This document shows, piece after piece, positions 24,301 to 36,629 of a stretch of DNA of 64,000 nt; the stretch's first letter is position 1, and the number at the start of each line of letters is the position of its first letter. This stretch comes from Perna viridis (Eukaryota). Location: contig CM074514.1 in assembly GCA_037379345.1 (NCBI GenBank), positions 12,400,001 to 12,464,000 of the forward strand. Reading direction: 5' to 3'. The translations under genes and the position numbers were made by a program. The notes beneath the pieces are model-generated. The model made no database searches. It saw only the letters and a program-made list of their open reading frames with translations, and was not told the origin of the DNA.

Positions 24301-27300
24301 TCGATTTGGAAACGCATCATTTTAATAACAGCTCTTTACAGGTGTGAAATTTGGGGTCCAATTGCTAAATATTGGTAGACTTTGCCGTGCTTACAGTGGA
24401 TATTTAATCAAGCAGTTATTTCATCTACGTGTTGCACAAGTGCTGACTGGAGACTGTAGCAAATCGTCAGTCACATATGAGTTTGTTGAACTTTTGAGCA
24501 AACATTAATTGCTCTTGTTTTTCGAAAACTATCTCAGACATTTTTTCCAACCAAAAGCCCTTTGGAGAAAAATAGTCATCCACTTTATAGACATTTATGA
24601 AGGAAACAAGAGGAAGCGTAGCTTTGAACAACGACCTGATCTGCAGCGAATCGATACGCTCGTATTCATACCAGTTTGACCGAACACAGGCTTCGACGGT
24701 TTACCGTTTCTTTACCATTTATGAACTCAAAATTGATCACACTTGTCAAATTAGATTCGACCAAAATCAGACAAGGCATGTGTTCTTTTTGCAAGTCTTT
24801 TTCAGCAGATATAGTTAGAAATTATGTACTTAGTTGCGAACAAATTATAGATTTTCGATCAGATATGTTTTATAAGATCGTTGACATACTTCCTGTCCTT
24901 TTTTATTTTTTTGATCAGCATGATGATGACCTGGTCGTGTCAATGTTGGATGGAGTCACGACTGCCATGGACGCATTATCGTCCGATAAATGGGGTCGCC
25001 TCATGTGGCATTTAGCAGAATATATCACAAAAATGTACTCGACTCTTTCGTAAGATTTTTTTTGACCATGCACCTACTTAGGTGATATATATTACCATAG
25101 CAAATCAACTGCATAGACTATATTTTATTAATTTGGTGCCTGTAATGACAATTTAATTTATGTATATAATATTTACGTAGCTTTGTCTGTATTATAGCTA
25201 ATTTTGTTTCTTAGATATCAAATCGTCAACTATGCCCAAATAAAAATAATCAATAAATCAATTATTCAATCAATCAATCATTATTTTTTTCCATTGCCGT
25301 GTATGACTTCAATATTTTGCAAATACATGTAGCTATATCTAAAGTTCCCTTGATTTTTTTGTTACAGGCCCAATTATTGTCCCAGTCATTTATGATATCA
25401 TGCATATCTCTAAAATTGAACAAAAAACTTGTTGATTTTTTTTCTTTTCGAGGATCGGGAGAAGTCATGTGATCAAATATGGGCTTTGTAAAGACAAAAC
25501 AAAAAGTGTAGATGACCAGGAAATCCATTTCTCTGCTTGAAATGATGATAGTAATGAATCATTCCTGAAGTAAAGACATTAAGTGCCATAGCTGATAATT
25601 AAAACAAATTATTTTGACTATAGCTCTCCCAGTTTCAATTACTTTTTGCATGCAATATTGGTCGTCTTCACTTATTTTTATTGAAATGACCGACAAAGAA
25701 TAATAGCAATAACAAGAAAAGCTTTCACAATTCTAAGAAATAAATTGTAAGAAAATCATAACCCAATCGGAATTCTTGTAATTGAAATGAAAACATTGGT
25801 CAATGATATCTGATATTCACAATAATTGTTAGATCCTTAGGGAGCTTATCCCTAGTTACTGGGACAATGATATACATTGTACTGAACAATGTCTTACCAT
25901 CTGTGAGGACGGAAGTCAGGTTTGCTTTGTTTTGAGCTTGAAGTAAAAATAAAAACGTATTATAAAACAATACTTTTCAAGCTCGATACATGTAAAATGG
26001 TTTCATAGTACCCCAAAGAAAACACCATTACAACAACCACAACAAAGATTAAATACTCTACATATATTACAACTAAAGGGCAGTGTAAATATAAAAAGCA
26101 AGGCTCGAACCTGTTTTGGTCTGATCACTAAAAAAAAACAATACAAAACAAAAACAAGACAAAAACAAACAAAAAAACAAAAAAACAAAACCAAAAAACA
26201 AAACTAACAAAAACAACAACAAAAAAGACACAAATTAACAAATACACCAATGTATATATAACTAACCAAACAAAAAGTGGAAGATAATTAACCTACAATT
26301 TTCTACATCTTAAGCCAGCTTGGTGATTTAGAAGAAAACTTTTGTGACAGGTTTGTGGTTCTGAGAAGATAAGATCCCACAGAACATGCTAATTCTTTAG
26401 ATATCAAGAGAATCGATATTGTGAGTATATTAAAAAGATGACCTCACCGGGATGAAAATTGTAAGCACAAAGCCACCCATTGGTCTTCAATGAACGACAA
26501 GGAAACCCTCATACCACCTGGAAGGCTACAGCTGTCCCCAAAACAAAGTGCACACGGGCACAGACAGCATAGGAGTTGTCCCTAAAGTAACATAACAAGT
26601 AAACTACAAGTGAAAACTAAACAAGATATACAGAGGCCAGAAATTCCTGACTTGGGACAGGCGCAAAAAAATGCTGCCGGGTTTGACCACTGTGGAAAAA
26701 ATATTATCATACGGTACATCATACGTCATACAAAGAATGTTTAGACGTATGTTCAGTATGAAAAACAATAATGTAGGAACTGTAGGAAACTGTCAGTTCA
26801 TTATTTGTAGTGTACTTATTCAAAATATTGTAGACAACTAAGCCGTTTTCGTTTTTGTTTTATTTTTTTAAGGAAACTGGAGACTTTACATCATCTAACA
26901 CGCAGGTACCTTCAATATCTTTTAAATCAATATTCTGAACTGTTGCTAATAATTGTTTGAGCTTCTTTCTTGATGGCCTTTAGTATGTATTGTATTAACT
27001 TCATGCCATCTTGGGCATGCTTACTCATCTATTTTAGGATACTAACATATTTCTATCTATTTGTTCCCTTTCCTGTATTACGTCAATAACGAATGGATTC
27101 AATTTAAAAAAGGTGAGTTATTTCGGGTAACAAATTCCTATTAAATGTTCTATCAAAATTCTGCAGTTTTTAATGTTAGATTAACGAGATTTAATAGAAA
27201 ATGCCTTTCAGGATTATGACGTCAGGAGAGTAAAATTCAAGAAATACGGAAAATAGATCACATTTCTGATATGGAAATTATCTCAATCAATTGCGTTATT

Positions 27301-28169
27301 CATTATAAATGCGAATATTTATAGGTCTGATGCTTGTGTTTGGTTAAAGTGTAACAGTTACTGAAATATAAGTGGAAAGGGGTTTACTCTTTCTTTGAGA
27401 CGTTTAGCATTTTAGAAACCAAGATAATCAACTGCTTACAATACAATTTAGATAGCATGTCATTCAGAGCATTTCAGTGGTTACATCCGCTAATCCAATT
27501 GGATAGGGGCCCTTAATCCTCCACAGAGAGCGCGGAACATGGTCTCTGTTCAATAAAGGGAGCACTGTATACTTCTAAGAAACGTGATCGGATTGCAAGC
27601 AAAATTAATCGTGATAAAGCAATCTTAAGAAGAGATACAATCGACGATATTGTAATATAAGCTCTTTCAGGTCACTCAGGATAATAAGTGATGACAATTA
27701 CTTGGTAAAGCACTCAAATCAAAAATATGCATAAACCATAAAATACTATTCGGCTTAAGAATTTTTAAACCAGACCTCTGTACTTTACTAAAATATAATT
27801 TCTCACTGACCACTCAAAAGTGATTTGAATGAAAATAAGCTACTTGGTAAACCTAAAATACGCAATAAACAGAGTCACTAGGTGTAAACCTAAAACACGC
27901 ATGAAAGAAGAGTCACAGGGCGCAAACCTAAAACACGCATGAAAGAAGAGTCACAAGGCGCAAACCTAAAACACGCATATAACAAAGTGTCACAAGGCGT
28001 AAACCAAAAACACGCATGAAAAAAAGTCACTAGGCTTTTTTTTCAGAGTTTAAATACAGAATAAATGAAGAAGTACTTACTCTTTGATGGCATCTGACAT
28101 ACTCATTCGCTTGATTTCTTTATGGAATCTTAGAGTTTCCACTTGCCGTTTCAGCTCGTCTCGATCCAT
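21338..28169 (-). CDS. Heterotrimeric G-protein gamma subunit (Ggamma13 / insect Ggamma30A-like), 64 aa. Coding exons 28169-28081 and 21443-21338
   Basis: Exon 1 ATG...AAA GA|gtaagt and exon 2 ttttcag|G TTG join to give MDRDELKRQVETLRFHKEIKRMSMSDAIKELVSYIEDKTPDDGLVVTPDKKKNPWNESRKCTIL*. It has a GGL-domain pattern, the NPW motif and a C-terminal CaaX (CTIL), and resembles Drosophila Ggamma30A (MDRDALKKQIE...PDKKNNPWAEKGKC) from memory. Confidence 0.93.
24115..25280 (+). mobile_element. Decayed 5'-truncated non-LTR retrotransposon (LINE; CR1/L2-group-like) 3' end
   Basis: The frame from ~24118 gives ...IERKDTIKYAGSII...IWKRIILITALYRCEIWG (KYLG and LYGxEIW motifs of the RT C-terminus). ORF 24676 carries CSFC...C, a C-terminal zinc-finger relic. 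The element ends in AATAAA and an (AATC)n tail. Confidence 0.75.
27849..28035. repeat. Minisatellite, ~38-bp unit x5, just inside the G-gamma intron
   Basis: AAACCTAAAACACGCATGAAAGAAGAGTCACAAGGCGC-like units. Confidence 0.9.
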
Positions 28170-28956
28170 TGGTAAGAATATTAAGTGGACTTTTTTGGAT
28201 TAACCAAGAAATCTAATCGTGCAAAAACTAGTTCATCAAAATATGTGTGATCTCTTTGATCAATGAAGGATCATTTTCTGAATTAGTTATCGGTATACAA
28301 GTCCATATATCACCTTCCCGTTCTAGTAAAACAATACACTCATGAAATTATTCCAAAGTAGCGTTTTCCAATTAAATGAAACTGGTGAATGCTAGCGGCA
28401 ATATAAAATCAAACAAAGCCTAGATTTTTTTGTCAACACTCAATAAACACAATTGAAAAGGTCAGTCCATCAGTCTGTGAAATGTGTAGAACTATCTGGC
28501 AATCAAGTAGCGTTGATGAAAATGGACATTTCCTAACAAGGCAACGGATAATCGATAATATGGGAACTTTCTACTAAACACGATACAGATACAGTTAACG
28601 GAGACAGAAAAAAATCTATAGAAATCTGACAAAATTCTTTTAAATTAAACAGCTTTACAAAACGCATACTTCTATAGCAAGAACAGATGAATGGAGACTA
28701 AGACAGGTATTCAGTTGATGGGTTGAAGATCGTATCATTCTTCTATATGACATAAATATATAAAGACGGCAGTATAAGGAATAATATATTTGTCATTATA
28801 CTGGGATAAAAGCTACAAGCATTGACGTACTTAGCTCGTCCAAATAAAGATAACAACAATACCACCGAACTGACAGAAAAAAAAACTTCAAAAGAAAGGA
28901 AATTTATATCACAAATTGCAATACCAAGGCAAAAGCCGTAAAGTTGGAAACAATCC

Positions 28957-29127
28957 AATGGTTCTGACTTGGTTTAGTTTGAAACAACCTAGCAATCGAA
29001 TGGTTCTGACTTGGTTTAGTTTGAAACAACCTAGCAATCGAATGGTTCTGACTTGGTTTAGTTTGAAACAATCGAATGTTCTGACTTGGTTTAGTTGGAA
29101 ACAACCCAATGGTTCTGACTTGGTTTA
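28957..29127. repeat. Minisatellite, 42-bp unit (some shortened) x~4.5
   Basis: AATGGTTCTGACTTGGTTTAGTTTGAAACAACCTAGCAATCG; it accounts for the repetitive ORFs at 28904-29248. Confidence 0.92.
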
Positions 29128-30184
29128 TGTATTTCTGATGGAAAGGTGGGTTAAACCTCCCGCGTCAATTAGTGTTAACTGTTTTTGGTTTATTGCAATA
29201 CAGATTTCAACTTCACATTTTGTCGATTGGAAGCAGAATTTCTATTAACGGAAGTGTGAGTTATGACCGGTTCATCGTATTTTTGAACGATATAGATTTT
29301 TTTTAAAGATAAGAAGTTTGACCCCTAGCTGTTCTTTAACAAAACACTCTTCAATCTTACAATCTTGACCTTGTATTAGGTATTTTTTGTATAGGAAAAA
29401 TAAGAATTACCACATGTTAAAAAAATTACAATCATCAATCATTTCTTATATTCTTATACTCTGAAACTATCTACATGTACTTACACTGAAATTAAAGATT
29501 TTATACAAATAGTTTATAGAACAAACTCATTATTCCGGGAATTTTGAACTGCAATATGTGAACTATGAATATCTATTTTATCATACAAAGATCCTACAAA
29601 ATTAGTTTTCCCAAATTAAAGTAGTAACATACTTCGACTGTAAAGAAAGCATGATTCTTTATCATTATCTTCTTCTCCTATATGTCCTAATACACATATT
29701 ATGGTTTATATTCATGACGATGTATTCACCAGAACTCTACGATCATTTTATGTTCTTATGTCTGACTTGGAATCATTAATTTGATTTATAGATACATTTC
29801 TCATTTGGAAATGTACTTTCTCAAAATGCATAGAAATATAACATTGTACAGGTCTGTACCAGGGTACTCATATTTCAATCGTCAGCACCTTTTGCGCTAT
29901 TGTCAAATATAGTCTAATTTTGATTTGCAGGTTGTATGTGATGTATATTTTATACTAATTGAATTTGTCTGGTACCAGAATCGCAAGGTTAGAAATAGTT
30001 AGTCTAGGATTCAAGTTAATGACAAGACAGAGTAAAACTAGCAGGTTCAACAGATATATCTTTCAGAGTCTAAAATTAATGTTTAGTCTCGTGAGTGTAT
30101 TTCAAACCAAACAGCAATTAACTGTATACTACCTCACAACTCTCTGTTATTGAATTTCAACCTCGATATCTTTCAGAAATGATA

Positions 30185-30505
30185 TTTTACACCCCGTGAA
30201 CAAAGGAATCACTCTGCCTGTCTGTGCAGATTCGTGTCCTGACAATAACTGTTCTTCGACATAGGCATACAATATATAGTACATGGGTTTATCGCCATAA
30301 GACGATATGTCGCGTACAGTCATGACCTTTTTATGACCTTGATCCTTGACCTCAAGGTCAAAATAACAGATGTTCGACATGGTTTCGTTTCTGGGAACAC
30401 CATTTTGTCTTCTGATGTAGGTTTTCCATCTTGGGTGTGTGGGTGAATCATAAAAAATATGTCAGGTACATTCATGACCTTTAAATTACATTGAACTCAA
30501 GTTAA
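30185..30505 (+). mobile_element. Degenerate HINE/DINE-like (Helentron-associated) non-autonomous element relic
   Basis: TTTTACACCCCG start, short CTGT microsatellite and TGACCTT/GACCTCAAGGTCA motifs; family recognised from memory only. Confidence 0.45.
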
Positions 30506-31510
30506 AATCTGTTGTTACTTTTTCCCAAAAAATATTTAGTATGACTTGATATTTATTGTGGGCAAACAGAAAACGCTTAACCTGAGAATATATGCTTTTA
30601 CCTATCTGCAACACTCAGTTCTATATATTTGTACCACGAAATTTCTAGTTTTGTTGATTTGTAATGAGTAGTGATAATGCCTTGTGCGAATTCTCACTGC
30701 ATTGAATGTATTGGAGTGTTACATTGTTATTATATAGAAAGCAATGATTTACAGAATATTCCTCGCGAACAAATTTTCGATAATTCATGATGTGAAAAAT
30801 TTCATTCTCGCACTTTCTCTCGCCAAAACTTCATAACACGAAAATCAATCCGTCGTTCACAAAATTTAAAATTTATATTGAAAATAGCAACGAATAATGG
30901 AGGGAATCTATATCATGAATTAGATAATCAATTGGTTGTCGTGAACAACCAAAATATGATCACTTATGTCAAGAACGAATTAAGTTTAAACTCGTGCGCG
31001 GAACAAGTTCTGTACACTCGTTAAATCTATGCGTTCTCCGACAATCGTGATCATGTAAATTTATCGCTTCTGGCACTTGTTGACTTTACTGCACCTTAAT
31101 CTGTGACAAATCTATAAATAACAAGCGGTACTGTAACAAATCGCAGCTCCCTTAGCAAATACCTCATTTAACAGTGATTTCAATATAAATGCTACCGAAA
31201 AAAATAACCGAAAAAAGAGAAAAAGAAAAGAAAAACAAAAAAACCCAAAAAAACAACAAAATAAAAAAACCCAATGAAATGATGAATTTTTAATATTAAG
31301 CAAAGATTTGGCACACTCCGCTACATTAAAAAAAATATCACAGTATATTTTTTTTATTTCATAGTCATAATTTGCTAAGGTGTATAAATTAAGTCTGACC
31401 TTGTTTGTTTTTGTTATTTGAGGTATGAATATTAACCTCAATCACGTGGTGTACACTAAATAACCTGCGTGGCAGCTTATTTTAAAGTGTTATAATGATG
31501 GATTTTTTTT

Positions 31511-32492
31511 CTCAATTCAAGATTATTATCAGAATACAGTAGCATTAAAACCTATGATTTTTCAACACTTTATACTTCTATTCCCCATACTCAGTTAAAA
31601 TCCCGACTTAAAACATTATGCATCGTTGTTTTTCAAAAAAAAGATAGTACACCTAGATACAAATATATAGTTCTTGATGGAGATTCCTCATACTTTGTAA
31701 GAAATAATTCCAGATCATCTTCCAAATATAGAGAGGAAGATGTTTACAAAAGAGTAATCAAGGGAATCAAAGTTATATCGGTAATCAAAAGAATGTAATC
31801 CAGGGACAAAGACCAGACATGGAAAACAGACATACATAAAGAACATAAAGTAACTAAAATCATACATACAAAGTAACAAAAGTAAATGAGCAACTCGGAC
31901 TCCACTAACTCTTTATAAAAAAATAAACGACAAAGGGATGCTTTATCATTCATTTCCTTTCGTCTGTGGCAACACTCCTTCAGTACCTGTGGATGGAGTT
32001 TTCTTATCACAATTCATACGTTATGCCAGAGCTTGCCGTAACGACGCAGACTTTTTGTATCGTGTATCGCGCTAGACTTCTTACAATTAGGCTACTGGAA
32101 CTGGGTTAGGTTGCTACAAGATTGAGGTCATCACAACAGAAATTTTATGGTCGTCATCATTTACTCGTGGATCAATCTGCATCATGAACATATTTTGTTC
32201 AACGTGCCATAGTTATCCTTTCCTTTTTCGTCTACCCCGGACTTGATTTTTTATGAGTAACCGGGTGGGTGTTTCTAGAAAGGCAGAGGATGCTTACTCT
32301 ACCGGTACACCTGGTCCATGCTCTCAGTTTTGGAGTCCGAGTTGCTCAATCACTTTTGGTACTTTGTATGTATTATTTTGATTATTTTTTTATCTTTGTT
32401 GTGTATGTCTCTTTTTATGTCTAGTCTTTGTTTTTTCCCTGGGTTACATTCTTATGATTTCCGCCAGAATCTTGGATCCCTTGATTACCCCT
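31511..32492 (+). mobile_element. Penelope-like (Naiad-type) fragment with an embedded inverted 3' tip (~31748-31908, - strand)
   Basis: [16 protein letters not shown]...KYREEDVYK on +, then the reverse-complemented 3' tip (AAAGAGTAATCAAGGG...GGACTCCACT), then + strand QFIRYARAC and the 3' UTR. Confidence 0.9.
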
Positions 32493-34717
32493 TCTGTAAT
32501 ATTATTGACATAGCATTAAATTCACGCAAATTCAAAAGTACTAAATTGTATCAAAGAGTTATAAAATACGCAATTTAACGTACTAACCAGCAATGAGTCT
32601 TATAGTAGTGTAATATAGATAGCATTGGTAATGACTCGTGTAAAGAAATATCAATTTATAGTTCTGTTTTTTTTAAGTATATATGCCAATGTCTTAACAA
32701 GCTTTAATAAAAAGTATATATAAAATAAATGAGAAAAAACAGTAAAAATAGGTGCGAAGGTACCATCGAAATCGTTTTCTAACAATCTGAATAACAAGAA
32801 AAGTAAACAATGAAAACAAAGAGAGAAAGAAACAAACAAAAAACCTGGAGTGTAGTATGTGGTGACATTTTCACAAACATTTATGATTACCACTTGAGCC
32901 TATTTTAACCATTCTTTTTTTTTTGGTATGAAATAAATGAAAATAAAACATTGGTGCTCCGCGTTCGTTTTAATAATTTTCATAAATCAAAGAAGAAAAG
33001 GTATCGAGTAAAACATCAAAGCAAACTCAAAATCCATAAATGTTTTTACATCAAAGATGTAACATTATCATTATTTATAATCTTCGTTTTGTGAAACTAT
33101 TCTTAATCTCTATAAAAGAGCAAAATCAATGTTGAAAGTAACCATTCATGGGTATGCAATCAATTAGCTTTAATGCTATTGATATTCCAAATAGAAACCT
33201 TCACTTCTTCTGTTTACTCTCTGCGGTTAAGTTATTTGTATTTATTTTGGTTTTATACGTGTTTCATAGTTTTAAGAAGTGAATAAAAATCATATATATA
33301 TCTGTTTTCCTGGTTTTGAAAATACCCTTATATATAAAAATAACTTGTTTGTTGCCTTCGATTTTACTTCGATTTTACATCGCACTTTTTATGTTTTCTG
33401 TAATATATGTATACTGCAAACATCATGAATGTTCTTAACACATTTTCAGTATAATTTATTTGATCTGAAACAAGTTTTTTGGTCGGGAGTATCTGTTAAA
33501 CCCAGTTATTTTGTATAATATGGTTTGGTACTGTGACGTCCGCAGTAAAACAAAAACAATAACAAAACAAAAACAAAAAACAATAACAAAACGTTTAGTA
33601 TTTAGATATGAATCTTTTAGACATAAAAAAGGAAAATTAAAATTATATAAATCTAATATAATGATAAAGAAATCACTACTCCATTTAAGGTTACACGTGT
33701 TTCTCTAGTAGAAGGGCAAGCAACAGGATCGTATTAAGATAATCATTGATTGTCTCATCAGGAAAGGCCTACTTTGATGTTGATATTGAGTTTTTGACAA
33801 TTTATTGAATTATCTCCCTTTGATAAAAGTTTTTCATTCCTTAAATTAAAATAGTATGACGAAAAGTTTTAACAAAAACACACAAGTAATGCAATCCTCG
33901 GTAATTCAATTAATAACAGCATTGCTGTTAATTGCATTATGACTAGTCTGACTACAGTGTATATAACTCGGGAACAATCATATATACACCTAAGTTGCAT
34001 TGTAGAGTCACACGGTGCCACTTTCCTGTTTTAAGCCAACCAGAAAAAAAAACACGTCCGACCTTTGTTATTTGCTTTGTTTTGGCCAAACATCTCGATA
34101 AACACTTTCCCAAAACAAGATATATGTACAGAAAGCAAAAAGTACAGCTTAATCAAAAAATAAATAAATAAATAAATAAATAAAATAAAAAAATAAAAAA
34201 AGCAGACACAATAAAGGTTAAGGTACGATAGCAATGTTTGAAAACATTCAAGTCATTGACATGGTAAGTGGGGCTACTGGGTACAACATAACACAATTTA
34301 ACATATAGGTTTTAGTTACTAATAGAGAAAAATACTGTGGTTAATCACTTGGCTGAAATGCTTTCAGGTATTTTTAATGTGCTATTTTCATAACTGCTCA
34401 TATCCGACCACATCACCTCAAATTTGTCGGAAAAAGAATATTGACATCGGTTAACTAATATTGATTTGGTTATTATGATAAATTAAACCCCTGTAAATTT
34501 TAATTTTTTATTTGTGTAATAGCATCTGGTTTATAAAACTTTACTTCCTGTATATTCGCCGTATTAAATAAATATGCCACGTCCCATGTTTGCGATATAT
34601 AGGTATACATGTTAAGTTTACAAGTATGATGAACCAACTACTTTTTTGTCAATAAGTTTATTTCTTGTCCCCGAAAGATTAGTGATACTTACAACTTATT
34701 TTTAACTTTTTTTACTT

Positions 34718-36629
34718 ACTTTTAACGTCTATACTCACAACTGTCAAAGAGGGTCTGCAGTCCTACCACAACACTTGTTACTCCCGTAGTGGTATTAATT
34801 CAATGTGGATCCTGAAAAATTCGAAAGATCTTTTGGAGACAATCAGTTCAAGACTATTATCTGAATATAATAGCATTAAAACCTATGAGCATAGAAGTTA
34901 AAAGTTTTGAAAGAGGTTTGGTGGTACATTTTGCAGATCCAGCTATGAAACGTTGTTTGTATGGATTCTTGGGAAATTTAGGAATCCAGTACATAGACGG
35001 TAAATCACAATCATCGTCCTTGGTAGAGATACCAAAAGAGGATAGCACAGATTTATGGTTTTCCACAATCTCTTCTTTGGAGAGAGTGGTAGCAGTGTAG
35101 GTCTTAACACTGCTATTTTATTCTACGTCTACCTCTGATAATAAACATTGGATATTAACGTTTTGCAGACAAAAACAATGTTGTTTTGGGCTTTGTCTGC
35201 TGGTACGACATCATATTTGTCATGTATAGTAGACAATGTTTTTGCTACATCGGGGTCTTTGAAAACTGATGTAGCCTTGGCACTCATTGACCTACTTAAA
35301 ACTTTCATTCGTTTCAAAATTAAAGACCTCACGGCCTTTAACCACTCTGACAGAGAATCAATGTCTTCTTGTTCTCGTTTTATCCATTTTCTTGCATAGT
35401 CCTCGACAGCAATAGCCTTTTATAATTGAAAATTTTGGATGCGATGGGTGAAGTATAGGAATATGAAATAATTGTTATGGATTTATCTTTGAAATATGGG
35501 GGAATTTGTTGGTAACGTTTTTGTGATGGAGGATGTTAGCCAAATTAATTGCATCTATACCTTTGTTGAAAAACGGTAGTGGAAGAAATGATCGTTTTTC
35601 TTCATCTTGACTTTTCACACAAACTGCTTTAAAGAGTCTGTGGAAACCAATATCCAAAATGATGGATATTGGTTTCCACAAAATGCTGGAATTTTTAATC
35701 GACAACATATTTGTCCAGTGTGGTGGACGTATTTTTCAACAAACGGTCGGCATTCCAATTGGAACAACTTGCGCTCCTTTACTTGCTGACCTATTCCTTC
35801 ACTCTTATGAGGCTGACTTTATAGCTGATCTGATCCGAAATAAAGAATATTGTTTGGCTAGATCCTTTAATCTCAGTTTCCGCTACATAGATGACGAATT
35901 ATCTTTAAACAATCCTAATTTCGGGGATTTGATACATCGCATCTACCCCAAAGAACTGGAGATAAAGGATACTACAGACACTGTGAAGTCAGCCTCATAT
36001 CTTGACCTACACTTAGAAATCGATGGTAAAGAAAACTATTGACCAAACCTTACGACAAATATGATGACATTTCATTCAGAATTTTCAATTTTCCTTTCAT
36101 CTGTGGCAACATCCCTTCAGCACCTCCGTATGGAGTGTTCATATCACAACTCATACGTTATGCCAGAGCTTGCCGAAACTACGCAGACTTTTTGTATCGC
36201 GCTATAACTCTAACAAATAGGCTTCTGGAACAGGGTTATGTAGCTACAAGATTGAAGTCATCATTATAGAAGTTTTGTGGTCATCATGAATTCGTGGATC
36301 GTAATGGTGTATCCATTTGCACCATGAAAAATGATTTGTGTCAAAGTTTCCCTTTCCTCTTTCGTCTACCACGCACTTGACACTTTTTATGAGCAACTCG
36401 GCGGGTGTTTCTAGAAAAACAAAGGACGCTTACCCTACCGGTGCACCTGGTCCATGCTCCCAGTTTTTAGTGGAGTCCGAGTTGCTCATTTACTCTTTTT
36501 ACTTTGTATGTATTATTTTAGTTACTTTTTGTTCTTTGTTGTGTATGTCTGTTTTCCATGTCTGGTCTTTGTCCCTGGATTATATTCTTTTGATTACCGC
36601 TATAACCTTGGTTCCCTTGATTACTCTTA
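34718..36629 (+). mobile_element. Composite Penelope-like (Naiad-type) retroelement: + piece 34718-34888, - piece 35662-34886, + RT/3' piece ~35678-36629
   Basis: RT motifs [11 protein letters not shown]; YWIPK..KNPYKQRFIAGS (-); VVPADKAQNN (-); [18 protein letters not shown]; FRYIDD; [12 protein letters not shown]; SASYLDL; [23 protein letters not shown]. The ORF ends after the RT with no C-terminal GIY-YIG. Frameshifted, non-functional. Confidence 0.92.

Noticed and set aside
26470-26690. Segment with CCTGACTTGGGACAGGCGC resembling another common bivalve dispersed repeat
   Set aside because: Single copy in the window and recognised only vaguely from memory; I cannot define its ends or family.
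27849-28035. Minisatellite next to the G-gamma donor as another donor echo
   Set aside because: The unit has no similarity to the exon end or donor, and the array starts ~45 nt into the intron.
28904-29248. Repetitive peptide ORFs on both strands
   Set aside because: A by-product of a 42-bp minisatellite; no splice or homology support.
35659-36269. RT ORFs as a functional or domesticated gene
   Set aside because: Frameshifts and stops differ between copies and all copies are truncated.
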